Positions 52,738 through 63,755 of a stretch of 64,000 nt of DNA are shown here, in pieces; the stretch's first letter is position 1; each line of letters starts with the position of its first letter. The DNA is taken from the IMG/VR virus record IMGVR_UViG_2065487013_000003, positions 3,047 through 67,046 of that record; one strand, 5' to 3'. The DNA comes from a virus. The translations under genes and the position numbers were made by a program. The notes beneath the pieces are model-generated. The model was not told the DNA's origin, made no database searches, and was given only the letters and a program-made list of their open reading frames with translations.

Positions 52738-53481
52738 ATGGCTAATTGCCAGAACTCGAACGAGCGCCTGTTCGGCGGTGCGGTCGTGCTGGAAGTCGCC
52801 GATGGCTGCCCGGACGTCAAACCACTCGAAGATGAGTGGATGGCGCTGGCCGCTGGCACAACGAAGGGGTTTGACTTCAACCCTAACACCACTACCAGCG
52901 ATGCTGATGATGGTGGTGGCTACGTAGAATCTATCGTCACTAATAGTGACTTCACTATCTCATTTGATGGTGAGGTGCGGGTGCGGGATAAGCTTGATCA
53001 GTATGGCTTCGGGCGCTTTACCCGGTATTTTCACACTGAAGTAGCTGCACGTCGTCAGCCTGGCATGTGGGTTCGACTGAACTATGGGCCGGTGGAATTT
53101 GTAGGCTACATGAACATTACCGCCCTCAACTCCAGCGGAGGGACGAACGATATTACCCCGTTCACCACTGAGTTTAAGGTTGGTGACGCAAGCACTATCG
53201 AGGTTAATGAAAATAACTCGGTAGCAGTGACTGGCGTAACGGTAACCCCGACAACCAGCACCGGCACAGCTGGCGGCACCAGCACCTTCACGGTGAATAT
53301 CGCACCAACCGGCGCAACCAACAAAGACTTCACTGTAGCGACAACCGACGCGACCAAAGCAACGGCTACCGCCTCTGGCAACGCCGTTACCGTGACACGT
53401 GTCGCCACCGGCAGCGCGCAGATCATCATCAACACCGAAGACGGCAACTTTGTGGCCGTGCATACGGTTACCGTTACCTAA
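52738..53481 (+). CDS. Major tail tube protein with C-terminal Big_2 Ig domain
   Basis: TSDADD...NSDFTISFDGEVR; VAVTGVTVTP...TEDGNF. Confidence 0.85.
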   Translation: MANCQNSNERLFGGAVVLEVADGCPDVKPLEDEWMALAAGTTKGFDFNPNTTTSDADDGGGYVESIVTNSDFTISFDGEVRVRDKLDQYGFGRFTRYFHTEVAARRQPGMWVRLNYGPVEFVGYMNITALNSSGGTNDITPFTTEFKVGDASTIEVNENNSVAVTGVTVTPTTSTGTAGGTSTFTVNIAPTGATNKDFTVATTDATKATATASGNAVTVTRVATGSAQIIINTEDGNFVAVHTVTVT

Positions 53482-53538
53482 CGGACATTCCAAAGGGCGG
53501 CGTGCTGCCCTTGATAATGACCGTTTACTGGAAGGCCT

Positions 53539-54210
53539 ATGACCGCTTTAACCGATATTGGCGAACTCTCTATCAGCGACAGCCGAGAGGGTGGGAAAGA
53601 TTACCTGCTACGGCCTTCATTCGAGGCCATGACCAGGATCGGCACTCCGGAAGAGATTGTGCAGGCGTACGCCACCATCCACGGCAATGAAGTCGCTCAG
53701 CTCATTGAGGTTTGCGCTGGCACGCTGGGGCGTTTTCCTGTCTGGCTGGCCCCATCATTCAACCGCGCTGCCGAGAAGCTGTTATCAACGTGCATGCTGG
53801 TGCTGCAGGCGTGTTGTGAAGAGGACCTGACGCCGATGATCGGAGAGTGGAAGGGGTGGCGGCATTGCGTCGTCTACCGACCCGGGCAAATGCCGAAGAA
53901 CGACATCATAGTGCTGGCGCAGCACCTCATGCAGCACGGCGTCGTCGGAAAGGCAAAGGTTCGCCAGCTACAGCGACACGAGACTGGTGAGCGCACTACA
54001 GAGTTTAAAGCCTTCGACTACATCAGCGCGGCCCGTAGTCACTTTGATATGAACCGCGCCGAAGCCTCTCAGTTAACGATGACCGAATTTCAGATGCTGC
54101 TGGCGGCGAAATACCCTGACCAGAAAGGCTTCACTCGTGAAGAGTACGACAGTATCGCCGACGAATACCTTGCTAAACAGGCCGCACGCAGGGCTAAAGC
54201 AAAGCAATAA
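53539..54210 (+). CDS. Tail assembly chaperone (DUF6246-like)
   Basis: LRPSFEAMTRIG, LTMTEFQMLL; between tube and tape measure. Confidence 0.75.
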   Translation: MTALTDIGELSISDSREGGKDYLLRPSFEAMTRIGTPEEIVQAYATIHGNEVAQLIEVCAGTLGRFPVWLAPSFNRAAEKLLSTCMLVLQACCEEDLTPMIGEWKGWRHCVVYRPGQMPKNDIIVLAQHLMQHGVVGKAKVRQLQRHETGERTTEFKAFDYISAARSHFDMNRAEASQLTMTEFQMLLAAKYPDQKGFTREEYDSIADEYLAKQAARRAKAKQ

Positions 54211-54222
54211 CCGGAGAATGAC

Positions 54223-57153
54223 ATGGCAGGTGAGAAGAACGCCGGTAGCATCGTTTATGAAATCAGCGCCGACGTTGAGCCGCTGCTGCAGGGCGGGAAA
54301 CAGGCCATTGATGCCCTGGATAAACTGGATGCTGCAGCCCAGCAGTCCGGCAAGGGAATGGATAACCTCGACCAGAGTACGTCCCAGACCGGGTCCGCGT
54401 TTACTGAACTGGCTGGCTATGCCAACTCGATGGATAACCAGCTGCGCAAGCTGAATACCAACGTCAGCGGAATTGCCCGCGCAATGGAAGAGGCCCGCAG
54501 CGGTACCGGAGGCGCGAGCAGTGAATTCAGCCGTGCCGAATCCATCATCGAGGCGCTTGGCAACCAGTTGGCGGTGCTTGACGAGGCGCAGGAGAATGGC
54601 GCTCGTAGTGCCGCAGTACTTGCTGCACAGCTGCGAGCAGGGTCGAAAGCGACAGACGAAGAAAAGCAGAAGATCGGCGAGCTTACTGGTCGCTTGTATG
54701 ACATGAAGACTGGCGTTGAAAATGGTGCAAAAGGCACTGGCAGCTGGAAAACCAGCATGCAGCAGGCCGGGTATCAGGTTCAGGACTTCATCGTACAGGT
54801 GCAGGGCGGACAGTCTGCGCTGGTGGCGTTCGCTCAGCAGGGCTCGCAACTCGCTGGTGCATTCGGTCCTGGTGGTGCAGTCGTTGGCGCCATAATCGCC
54901 CTTGGTTCTGTGCTGGCCGGCGTGCTGATTACTTCGCTCAATGGCGGTAAAAACGCCATGGATGCGCTGAAAGATGCAGCTGAAGCGATGGATAAGGTGA
55001 TCACCATTTCCTCGCAAGGCGTAGCCGCGCTTTCCGACAAGTATGCTGCCCTGGCGCGCGTAAATGCCGACGTGGCTACTTTGCTGCGAAATCAGGCGCT
55101 GCTCGAGTATAACCAGGCCATCTCAAAGATTCCTAAGGCCATTAGTGACGCGTCTGATGCTTTCATTACATTAGGCGATCGCGCTCTGGCGGCTGTTGGC
55201 GGTGCGTCTCCAAGCATCAAAAAGTTCAACGATGAGCTTTCTGCGCTTGGCGTTACGACAAATGACTGGAGCCAGGCCATTCAACAGGCCAACAGTCAGG
55301 GGCAATACGCCTCTGGCATTGTGAACTCTTTATCTTCAACGGTCAGCACGCTTTCTTCACGCCTCGGCATCAGCAAGCAATCAGCGTTTGATCTTGCAAG
55401 AGAGTTATCAGACCTGAGCAACAACCCATCTCCTGAAGCACTTCAGGAACTGGCGAAAAAGCTCCAGGAAATGAAGTCCTCCTCCAAAGATGGGCAGTCA
55501 GCCATTGCTGAGCTGGCTGGTAAGCTTGTCGATCTGGCAAGAGAGGCAGCCAACGCGAAGATCAATGTAGACAGCCTGAATAAGTCTACGGATAACCTTA
55601 CCGCCGGACAGAAGAACCTGATCAAACAGTCCGAGCGCAACCTGGCACTCTCGAAGTTGCAAGGCGAGGCCCGAGCACGGTTGCAGGCTCAATACGCTGC
55701 CGAAGATGCTGGCTTTGCGAAGGATGATCCGCACGCCAAGCAGATGGAAGATGATGCTGCTGCTACGTACAAAAATACGCAGGCGCAGAAGACGCTTCAG
55801 TCTGAGCAGAAAAAAGGAGCATCACAGGCAGAAACCATTGCTCAGAAACTGGCGAACCTAAAACAGCAGTCAGAACTCGCTGCCGATTCAACGAATAAGC
55901 TGAGCCGAGAGCAGGCTATTCTGAATGCGCAGCAGTCGCTCGGGAAAGGTGCCACCAAAGAGCAGATAGCACTTGCCGGTCAGTATGCGGCCAAAAAATG
56001 GGACACGGCCAACGCCATTAAGGCGCAGGCGGCAGCCGAGAAGCTCCTGCCAGAAGCGCGCGAAAACGCCAGCTATAAGCAGGATGTTGAGGATCTGAAT
56101 ACCGCTCTGGCTGCGAAGAAAATCAGTCAGGAGCAGTTCAATCAGACATCTGAGCGGCTGGAAGCAGCACACCAGGCTAACCTTGCGAAAATTCGTGCCG
56201 ATCAGGCTGTAAGCCCACAGCAGGAAGCTGCTGGTGGCGTGGACCCAGTGCAGCAACTGGCGAATGAAAATGCCCGCAAACTCGCGCTTATTCAGGCATA
56301 CGAGCAGCAGGGGATTATCACTCACCAGAACGCACTTATGCTGCGCGCTACTGCTGATAGAGAGTACGAGCAGGCTCGCATCGCTGCACAGTGGGAGATC
56401 TTCCGTAACCAGAGTGCAGGCAATGAAGCGCTGGCGGCGTCCTTTGATGCACTGGCCGGTAATGCGTCCAATGCCTTAACCGGCATCATCACCGGGAGTA
56501 TGTCAGCTTCCGATGCTCTGCGCTCGATCGGCAATACCGTCCTGAACAGCCTTATCAACACCTTCGTGCAGATGGGCGTTGAGTGGGTGAAATCGGCCAT
56601 CATGGGGCAGACGGCCACCACAGCTGCAGTGGCAGCATCAACCACGGCTCAGGCGGCGGGTATTGCTACCACGACGGCGACGTCTACCGCGGCGGCGGCG
56701 GCCACAACTGCAGCATGGACGCCAGCGGCCATCATGTCCTCCATTGCGTCATTCGGTGGTGCGGTGGCGATCGGCATCGGTGCTATGGCTGGCATCCTCG
56801 CTCTGTCTGGCAAGCGTAAGAACGGCGGCCCTGTTTCGGCTGGCGGGATGTATCAGGTCGGTGAAGGAGGCATGCCGGAGATTTACCAGGCTAGCGCCGG
56901 TAAGCAGTACATGATTCCGGGCGACAACGGCAAGGTGATCAGCAATAAGGAAATGACTGCCGGAGGCGGTGGCGGGGTGATTTTGAATATCAACAATTAC
57001 TCTTCAGCGTCGGTCGATGCTCAGGCAACGCAGGGCAGTGACGGCACCTGGACCATCGATGCATTTATCGCTGACATGAATAATGGTGGACCAGCAAGTC
57101 AGGCGATCACCAGCAATTTGAACGTTAAGCGCTCGCCAAGGGGGCAGGGCTGA
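54223..57153 (+). CDS. Tape measure protein
   Basis: 976 aa Ala/Gln-rich; QAGYQVQDFIVQVQGG; RKNGGPV...YQVGEGGMPE. Confidence 0.92.
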   Translation: MAGEKNAGSIVYEISADVEPLLQGGKQAIDALDKLDAAAQQSGKGMDNLDQSTSQTGSAFTELAGYANSMDNQLRKLNTNVSGIARAMEEARSGTGGASSEFSRAESIIEALGNQLAVLDEAQENGARSAAVLAAQLRAGSKATDEEKQKIGELTGRLYDMKTGVENGAKGTGSWKTSMQQAGYQVQDFIVQVQGGQSALVAFAQQGSQLAGAFGPGGAVVGAIIALGSVLAGVLITSLNGGKNAMDALKDAAEAMDKVITISSQGVAALSDKYAALARVNADVATLLRNQALLEYNQAISKIPKAISDASDAFITLGDRALAAVGGASPSIKKFNDELSALGVTTNDWSQAIQQANSQGQYASGIVNSLSSTVSTLSSRLGISKQSAFDLARELSDLSNNPSPEALQELAKKLQEMKSSSKDGQSAIAELAGKLVDLAREAANAKINVDSLNKSTDNLTAGQKNLIKQSERNLALSKLQGEARARLQAQYAAEDAGFAKDDPHAKQMEDDAAATYKNTQAQKTLQSEQKKGASQAETIAQKLANLKQQSELAADSTNKLSREQAILNAQQSLGKGATKEQIALAGQYAAKKWDTANAIKAQAAAEKLLPEARENASYKQDVEDLNTALAAKKISQEQFNQTSERLEAAHQANLAKIRADQAVSPQQEAAGGVDPVQQLANENARKLALIQAYEQQGIITHQNALMLRATADREYEQARIAAQWEIFRNQSAGNEALAASFDALAGNASNALTGIITGSMSASDALRSIGNTVLNSLINTFVQMGVEWVKSAIMGQTATTAAVAASTTAQAAGIATTTATSTAAAAATTAAWTPAAIMSSIASFGGAVAIGIGAMAGILALSGKRKNGGPVSAGGMYQVGEGGMPEIYQASAGKQYMIPGDNGKVISNKEMTAGGGGGVILNINNYSSASVDAQATQGSDGTWTIDAFIADMNNGGPASQAITSNLNVKRSPRGQG

Positions 57154-57650
57154 TGCCAATTATCGACTATCCCGACTGGCTGCCGCTAGCGCAGAAGGCC
57201 AGCAAAAACATGACGCTCGATACCGGGTTCCAGACCGATCAGCCAGCGGTCGGCCCGGCCATCTTCCAGAACCTTACGGACGATCTGAAAGTGACCTGGT
57301 CCCTGACATGGATCTTCACTCTGGACCAGGAGCGCGCTTTCCAGCAGTGGCTGCGCAGCCCTAACTATCTCAACCGTGGTCTGAACTGGTTCCGGATGAA
57401 TATCAACCTGGGCGGCAGTGGCCTGCAGCTGCAGGAGCTTCACTTCACGCAGATGCCGGTGCAAACCAGTATCGACGGCGGGGTGGTGACGTGGACTGGG
57501 ACCGTTATTGCGAACCACCTCTACAACGCCGATGACGAGTTTGATGACGTTATTGTTGAACTGCCGCCGCCGTGGGATTCGTGGCTTGATATCGTGGTTA
57601 CGGGTTATCCGGACGGTCGCGATCCGGAAAGTCTCCCGAGGGTTCCCTGA
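57153..57650 (+). CDS. Distal tail protein
   Basis: Follows the tape measure gene; DYPDWLPL start. Confidence 0.7.
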   Translation: MPIIDYPDWLPLAQKASKNMTLDTGFQTDQPAVGPAIFQNLTDDLKVTWSLTWIFTLDQERAFQQWLRSPNYLNRGLNWFRMNINLGGSGLQLQELHFTQMPVQTSIDGGVVTWTGTVIANHLYNADDEFDDVIVELPPPWDSWLDIVVTGYPDGRDPESLPRVP

Positions 57651-58120
57651 TGCCATCTTTTCGCCAATACAAGCAGCAGCGTCCGACGCGCGGGCTGTAC
57701 GACACTATCACGTTCTACCATCCATCCTTTGGCTATGTGCGCCTTGTCGATAAGCAGTTCTTCCCGAAGATGCTCGCCGGCCAGGCCTACACGCCAGCGC
57801 GTTTTGAAATCGAAGAGAGTCAGCAGAGCGGTACGCCGGTGATTGACGCGACGGTGAAGCTTGGGAGGCTGTCGTCCGACATCAAAGCGCTGATGAAGGA
57901 GTGGAAGGGGGCTTCCCGACTGACGGCCATTACGGCCACCCGGCAGATATTCGACAGCGGTGATGTCTCAGTGCCGATCAAGTCGTGGCAACTGTACGTC
58001 AAAACGGTAGACATCGACGCCGACTCCGCGTCGGTAACCCTGTCTGTCACCAACCCGCTGAACAACAACATCGGAAGGCTCTATGACCCAACGGAATACA
58101 CCGGCCTGCAATACCTCTGA
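57650..58120 (+). CDS. DUF1833-like tail tip protein
   Basis: TITFYHPSFGYVRLV; position. Confidence 0.75.
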   Translation: MPSFRQYKQQRPTRGLYDTITFYHPSFGYVRLVDKQFFPKMLAGQAYTPARFEIEESQQSGTPVIDATVKLGRLSSDIKALMKEWKGASRLTAITATRQIFDSGDVSVPIKSWQLYVKTVDIDADSASVTLSVTNPLNNNIGRLYDPTEYTGLQYL

Positions 58121-58499
58121 TTTTATCAGCAGGATGATCGGCGTGCCGTGGTCTAACCGCGCCTGCTCCTTCGAAAAGACTGACTGCTGGGGGCTGGTGG
58201 TGCTGTATTACCGGCACGCTCTCCGAATTGAGCTGCACCAGACGCCGGACTACGAAGCCGGTGAGGACTTCTTTACCTGCTATCGGGGTGATGTTGTCTT
58301 CTGGCGCCAGGTCGATAAGCCTGCCGATGGCGGGATATTCGTCGGGTACCGCGGAGCTCAACCGGCACATGTTGGCCTGGTTCTGAACCGTCAGGCGCTG
58401 CACTCGCGCGGCGAGAATGGAAGCGTGCGCATGGACTCGTTGCTGGTCATTCAGCGTGCATTCACTAAAGTGGAGTTTTTCGAATATGGCGCTGGTTGA
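58083..58499 (+). CDS. NlpC/P60 tail tip protein
   Basis: DCWGLVVLYY...HVG; start uncertain. Confidence 0.82.
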   Translation: MTQRNTPACNTSDFISRMIGVPWSNRACSFEKTDCWGLVVLYYRHALRIELHQTPDYEAGEDFFTCYRGDVVFWRQVDKPADGGIFVGYRGAQPAHVGLVLNRQALHSRGENGSVRMDSLLVIQRAFTKVEFFEYGAG

Positions 58500-60963
58500 G
58501 ATATCGAACTTTCCAGGAACGCCTAAGCTGCGTTGCAGGGTGCCAAACGGCACCCTTTTTTATGACTGGCTGGCGGCCAATGACGCTACTTTCCACCGCG
58601 ACCTGCTGATCGTCCGCAATGGCGTTAAGCTGGGCGACGATGACGAGCTGGCGTTTGAGCTGAGCGAACTGGACAATATCCAGATTTTCGACCAGCCAAA
58701 GGGCATTGTCAGTGACATCCTGAGCCCGATTTTCAAAGTTGTCGGGTCTGTATTTTCCTTCCTGGCGCCTAAGCCGGCAATCGCAAATACCGGTGGTAAC
58801 ACCGTCGACTCGCCAAACAACAGCCTGACCGGTCAGACAAACACCGCGCGCGTCTATAAAGCCAAGCCGGATATCTACGGCCAGATTCGCTCATACCCTG
58901 ACCTGATTCAGGAGTCGGTATTCGAATACATTCGCCAGGATGCCTTTGACGGCGGACTGAAGTTTGTCACTGAGTGGATGTGTATTGGGCTTGGTAAATA
59001 TGACCGTGAGTCTATTCGTTACTCAGAATCAAGCCTGGGTAGCATGGCTGGTGCTGAATACCAATTCATCGAGCCTGGTGAAGTCATCCCCCAGATTGTT
59101 GAGGGATACGGGTTTGATGACGTTGACGGGCAGGAAGTCCCAGGGCAGAACGAAGCGGGTGATTTCCCGATCGAGACGGCGACGGCCAACACCGTCGTCA
59201 GCGGGACATATTCAGGCGGCCAGATTGCGATGAAAATCGTCAAACAGGCTGATTTTGATTACTTCATGGGTCTGGTGCTGCCGCACGCGGTAACGTTCAC
59301 CATCAACGTGACATATAACACTGCATCCGGATCAGTAACGACTGATGCGACATTCTCAGGAACACTGATCTCCGCGGTCGAAACGAACGACGGTGCTGTG
59401 GTTAACCCGGTGCGATGGTACACGTTTACGATGAGCGACCTGCAGGGCCCGCAGGACATCCCGGCGACTGCGACCATAAACACCACGAAGTTCATTCTGA
59501 ACGACAACGAGGCGCTGGTTGTGGGGCCGTTCTTCTCACCGGTTGAGTCGTCTCAGCTCTGGCTGCACACACAGTCGAGCCTGGGCGGGAAGAAACAGAC
59601 TAACTGGAAGGTTGTTATCTGGAAAATCGACGACGATTACAACCAGATCCCCGGCACTACGCAGACGTTTACCTATTACCAGGGAACGCCGCACGACCAT
59701 ACGAGCGAAGTGTTTTACCGCACCGATAAACTTACTCCGGCAGCCGGGTTCGGCAAATACGCAATTAGCTTCCAGCGTACGGATAACTCCAGCGACGCGT
59801 CAGTTCTGAAGGTTGAAGAGATTCACGCTATCAACATCAGGACCAATGTCGTTCATCCTACTGACACGCTGGTGCGCGTGAAGGTGAGGGCGACAGAGAA
59901 CGCGCTGGGGAGCCGGGAACGCAAATATAACGCTCTGGTGACACGGCACACCATCACGTACGACCTGGACACGCAGACGGTGGATTACACGCTGCGACCT
60001 TCTCGCTCGTTCGCTGATGCAGTGGCGCACACCTGGCTGATTATGGGCGAGCAGCCGGTCAGCAGCATTGACCTCTACGGGCTGTACTCGATCGCCGAAA
60101 GCCTCCCTGATGAGCGCCTGGGTTACTTCGACTACACGTTTGATGACGAGAACGACTCGCTGGGCGACCGCGTGCAGGCGATCTGCAATGCGGCGTCGGT
60201 GGTGGCGTACTGGGATGATGGAGTGCTGACTTTTACCCGTGATCAGAAGGTCGATTACCCGGCGGCCGTATTCAACCGGGCCAACATGAAGACGGACGAG
60301 TACAAAATGACGTACGAAGCCACTCTTCCAGGCGGCTACGACGGCGTGCAGGTGTCCTATGTTCACCCGACGACGAACAACAAGACATACATCAACTACC
60401 GCGTGCTGAACGGCGCTATCGTCGAACAGGAAGCGGAGAACCCGAACAAACTGGAGATAGTTGGTTTCCGTAATGAGTACCAGGCGCGGGAGCGCGCGTT
60501 GCGTGAAACAAAGCGACTGATCTACTCCCGGGTGAAGATGAATGCCAAAGTGTTCGAAGACGGCATTATCCAAGTCGGAAGCGTCATTCAGATGCCTGAT
60601 ATCTACGACAGCAACCAGCAGCAGGGTTACATAACCGGCCGCGCCGGGAATAACTTCGATACCAGCGAGCCGATCGCGTTTGCCGGTTCAATGTATGTGC
60701 TGGTGACCGACAGCATGGGTAATCCGACGCTGCGCTATCCGGCTACGGCCCGCAGCGACACGAAGTACGGATTCACTGCAGCAATACCCAACATTCAGCT
60801 CAACATATGGAACGGAGACACTGTGCAGCTCCCGTCGCGCTATCTCATTGCGACAGTAGAGGAACTGGACAGTCAGCTATGGACGGTCAACAGCATTAAA
60901 CCGAACACAGATAACACGGTATCTCTGACCGTCGCGGAATACAGCGACGCCATCTACCAATAA
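58486..60963 (+). CDS. Central tail tip / host specificity protein (TipJ-like)
   Basis: NNSLTGQTNTAR, PDIYGQIRSYPDL, YWDDGVLTFTRD; start ATG 58486. Confidence 0.87.
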   Translation: MALVEISNFPGTPKLRCRVPNGTLFYDWLAANDATFHRDLLIVRNGVKLGDDDELAFELSELDNIQIFDQPKGIVSDILSPIFKVVGSVFSFLAPKPAIANTGGNTVDSPNNSLTGQTNTARVYKAKPDIYGQIRSYPDLIQESVFEYIRQDAFDGGLKFVTEWMCIGLGKYDRESIRYSESSLGSMAGAEYQFIEPGEVIPQIVEGYGFDDVDGQEVPGQNEAGDFPIETATANTVVSGTYSGGQIAMKIVKQADFDYFMGLVLPHAVTFTINVTYNTASGSVTTDATFSGTLISAVETNDGAVVNPVRWYTFTMSDLQGPQDIPATATINTTKFILNDNEALVVGPFFSPVESSQLWLHTQSSLGGKKQTNWKVVIWKIDDDYNQIPGTTQTFTYYQGTPHDHTSEVFYRTDKLTPAAGFGKYAISFQRTDNSSDASVLKVEEIHAINIRTNVVHPTDTLVRVKVRATENALGSRERKYNALVTRHTITYDLDTQTVDYTLRPSRSFADAVAHTWLIMGEQPVSSIDLYGLYSIAESLPDERLGYFDYTFDDENDSLGDRVQAICNAASVVAYWDDGVLTFTRDQKVDYPAAVFNRANMKTDEYKMTYEATLPGGYDGVQVSYVHPTTNNKTYINYRVLNGAIVEQEAENPNKLEIVGFRNEYQARERALRETKRLIYSRVKMNAKVFEDGIIQVGSVIQMPDIYDSNQQQGYITGRAGNNFDTSEPIAFAGSMYVLVTDSMGNPTLRYPATARSDTKYGFTAAIPNIQLNIWNGDTVQLPSRYLIATVEELDSQLWTVNSIKPNTDNTVSLTVAEYSDAIYQ

Positions 60964-61021
60964 GAACCGTCCCCGACCATCCAGACCCGGCCACTGCGCC
61001 TGGTTTTTTTATGGAATAAAT

Positions 61022-63463
61022 ATGGCTACTACACCTACTCAGAACTCGGTTCCAAGTGAATCTCCAATCGACCTGAAGTTTAATGCAGGGAAAATCGATG
61101 AGTTTGTTACCTCTATGGGGTGGACATACACCGATCGATTCGGCGTGAAGCACTACACTATAGAAGGCATAAACTATCTCGCTCAGCAAGTTATGAATGC
61201 CTTCGGGTATGTCACGTTATCAGGCGTGACATTCACTACAGGTGCTACGGTTTCCAACCCAAACGAAGTTCTTTTTAACACCGCAGATAATACCTATTAC
61301 AAATGGACAGGGTCATTTGCTGGAGGTGCAAAGGTAGTTCCAGCCAACTCAACACCTCAGTCATCAGGAGGTGTTGGTGTAGGTAAATGGCTTAGTGTTG
61401 GCGATACGGTTTTGCGTACTGAGTTGCAGCGCGGCCAGTTTCGCTCAGACGCAACATCATGCTATTACGTTGCTGGATTTGTAATCGACCAAACTACAAA
61501 CAACCGTGACGCGGCATATGCATTCCCTGGTACGATTTACATCCCGAAAGGATTAACAATTCGCTGCAACTTTCTTCCTGAGGATGATGTGCGAAAGTTC
61601 ACAGGAGAGGGTGCAATCTTAACTCGCGATCCGTGGGGGTATGAGCATACATTTGATGTTGCAAAGGCCAGTCATGGCAGTACCTTTACCGTCAGCGGCG
61701 TCATTCACCAGGGGATGGAGCGTAAAGGAACTGAAAATAAGAGTATTGGTGTTATTGGAGATTCCATTACCGATGGTGCCTGGGGTAAGCAAACGTGGAC
61801 TATGAACCCAAATACCGGGGGTGCACTGCGAAACTTAAACTCAACCAATTATGATCATTCAGCAAATGGAGGAAGCCACTCCTGGTTTGCTCATTTCGTT
61901 ACGACATTAAATAAAGTTATCAGTCGCTGGACCGCTAACCCAATATTTAGTGGTTACAACTGTGCCGAATCTGGCATGAAAATGATTGATGGTTGGGCAT
62001 ACCGTAACTTTGACTACGGATTTTTCCAGAATGCAGCTTATGGTAATAAGGCTCCTGACTCATTACTTATTTCCATGGGGTGGAATGATGTTGATGGGGT
62101 AAATTTCGAGAGCTATCTTGATAACTTCGACGCGCTCATCAGAAAGGCATGGGGATATGGATGCGCCGTTGGGCTAGTTACATGCAACATGAATGAAAGC
62201 ACACGCTCAGGGCTGGAGGGCGCTGTAAAACGGACGCTCACAACAAAATATCCTGGCATAGAATACTATGATTTAGGAACATACCTCCGTAAGAGGGCCA
62301 GCTCCGATTTGAGGAACCTTAAAAACTATTACGTAAAATCAGACAATACCTTCGACTATACCCACCCTCAGCCACTTGGTCAGGCGGATATGGGTAACGC
62401 AATGCTTTGGGAGGTATGCAAAGACACGTTTATCCCATCCGTAAAACCTGGAGAAATGATATCTTGGGCAAACGCTGATAAATTCTGGGATTGTGTAGGC
62501 GTTACGTCTGGCACGCATTATCAATTTACGTGGGCTAATGCAGCGGGTACGCCGGCACTGAATAAGATGGGGAAGGTCGCACAAGCTATTGTCTCATCTG
62601 AAAACGTCACTCTTTCTACTTTTATTTTCTGCGAAGAAGATGATATGAATCTCTTCATCCTTGAGCCTTATTCTCGGGATGCTGATTTTACTGCATCAGG
62701 AAGAAACCACATTATTGATGTCCAATCCCCTGCGGGTAAGAATATGGCAGAGACTGCCCCTGAAACACTCAGGAACTTGCATGTTGCACAGAGGCTTGCA
62801 TCTGGTGTGTTGGGTGAGAAAAAAACATTAACAACATATGTAGGAAGGCTTCGTTATGGAATTAACTTTTTGACGATACGTTATGATGGCAGTCCTACAT
62901 CAGTGTATGTGCCAGCTATAGTTACCGGTTCTATGAAATCCTCGAAAGTCGGTTTTAACAACGTTCGCCTTGATAAAGTGGCGGGTTTCAATGGCCCTAT
63001 GCTTACCAGGATCAACTCCCTAGATGGCATAACGTCAAATCTGATGGATGGGTCGCAGTACGCGTCACTGCCTAACTGGTTTAGCGCGGGTCAGAATTTG
63101 GTTGGCAGCCTTTCAGTCAATGAACCACTTACTGACCAGTGCGGAGTAATCCTTTTTTATGATCCAGATGAGAAAAATGGGTACGCTGTACAGAGAAGCG
63201 GGGCAGTGCTACGGGTCGGTTCGATGGTTAGCGGAGTCGTTAGTTCATGGGCAACTACGACTATCGACGCCACTAAAACGTTCCAGATTTATTTTTATCA
63301 GACGACGAGCGTATTGAATGGAATTACTATGAACATTATAGGCTCCACAAGCACCTTTACCGGTACTTATGGAAAGCCAGGTGGTGTCATTGGTGTTCTA
63401 AACTCATCCGCGGCATCTGCAACGTTTAACCTTAGCTACAACGCTTATGATATGGGCTCTTAA
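61022..63463 (+). CDS. Tailspike with SGNH/GDSL esterase domain
   Basis: Conserved N-terminal virion-attachment part (DLKFNAGKIDEFV, YYKWTG); GDSITDG, GWND and DYTHP SGNH blocks. Confidence 0.88.
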   Translation: MATTPTQNSVPSESPIDLKFNAGKIDEFVTSMGWTYTDRFGVKHYTIEGINYLAQQVMNAFGYVTLSGVTFTTGATVSNPNEVLFNTADNTYYKWTGSFAGGAKVVPANSTPQSSGGVGVGKWLSVGDTVLRTELQRGQFRSDATSCYYVAGFVIDQTTNNRDAAYAFPGTIYIPKGLTIRCNFLPEDDVRKFTGEGAILTRDPWGYEHTFDVAKASHGSTFTVSGVIHQGMERKGTENKSIGVIGDSITDGAWGKQTWTMNPNTGGALRNLNSTNYDHSANGGSHSWFAHFVTTLNKVISRWTANPIFSGYNCAESGMKMIDGWAYRNFDYGFFQNAAYGNKAPDSLLISMGWNDVDGVNFESYLDNFDALIRKAWGYGCAVGLVTCNMNESTRSGLEGAVKRTLTTKYPGIEYYDLGTYLRKRASSDLRNLKNYYVKSDNTFDYTHPQPLGQADMGNAMLWEVCKDTFIPSVKPGEMISWANADKFWDCVGVTSGTHYQFTWANAAGTPALNKMGKVAQAIVSSENVTLSTFIFCEEDDMNLFILEPYSRDADFTASGRNHIIDVQSPAGKNMAETAPETLRNLHVAQRLASGVLGEKKTLTTYVGRLRYGINFLTIRYDGSPTSVYVPAIVTGSMKSSKVGFNNVRLDKVAGFNGPMLTRINSLDGITSNLMDGSQYASLPNWFSAGQNLVGSLSVNEPLTDQCGVILFYDPDEKNGYAVQRSGAVLRVGSMVSGVVSSWATTTIDATKTFQIYFYQTTSVLNGITMNIIGSTSTFTGTYGKPGGVIGVLNSSAASATFNLSYNAYDMGS

Positions 63464-63525
63464 ATGACTTTATGACATGGATGTCGAATGTTACTATTCG
63501 TCATTATCTCGTTGTGGAGGTTTGG

Positions 63526-63684
63526 ATGAAGATTAACAGGTGGGTAATCAGAGCGTGTGCATTAATATCATTTTTATCTCTGCTAAGCGGTCAAAGTAAA
63601 TTTCCAGAATATTTATTTTGGGTTAGCGTTGCAATGCTATTAATCTGGGGTCATACAGAGTGGACCGATCACAAAAAAGATTAG
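63526..63684 (+). CDS. Small two-TM membrane protein (52 aa)
   Basis: GGAGG RBS before ATG 63526; two hydrophobic segments. Confidence 0.55.
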   Translation: MKINRWVIRACALISFLSLLSGQSKFPEYLFWVSVAMLLIWGHTEWTDHKKD

Positions 63685-63727
63685 GACGTTAATTTTAATA
63701 TAAAAACGGATAGCCATACGTATCAAT

Positions 63728-63750
63728 AAAAAGGAGGGCTATCACCCTCC
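63728..63750 (-). terminator. Terminator of the acyltransferase transcript
   Basis: GGAGGG-TGATAG-CCCTCC followed by T5 on the minus strand. Confidence 0.75.
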
Positions 63751-63755
63751 GTTAT

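Noticed and set aside
1341-58200. At least 13 GCTGGTGG (Chi) sites on the plus strand versus one noticed on the minus strand
   Set aside because: Mostly within plus-strand genes and explicable by CTG-GTG / GCT-GGT codon use; counted by eye, not exhaustive.
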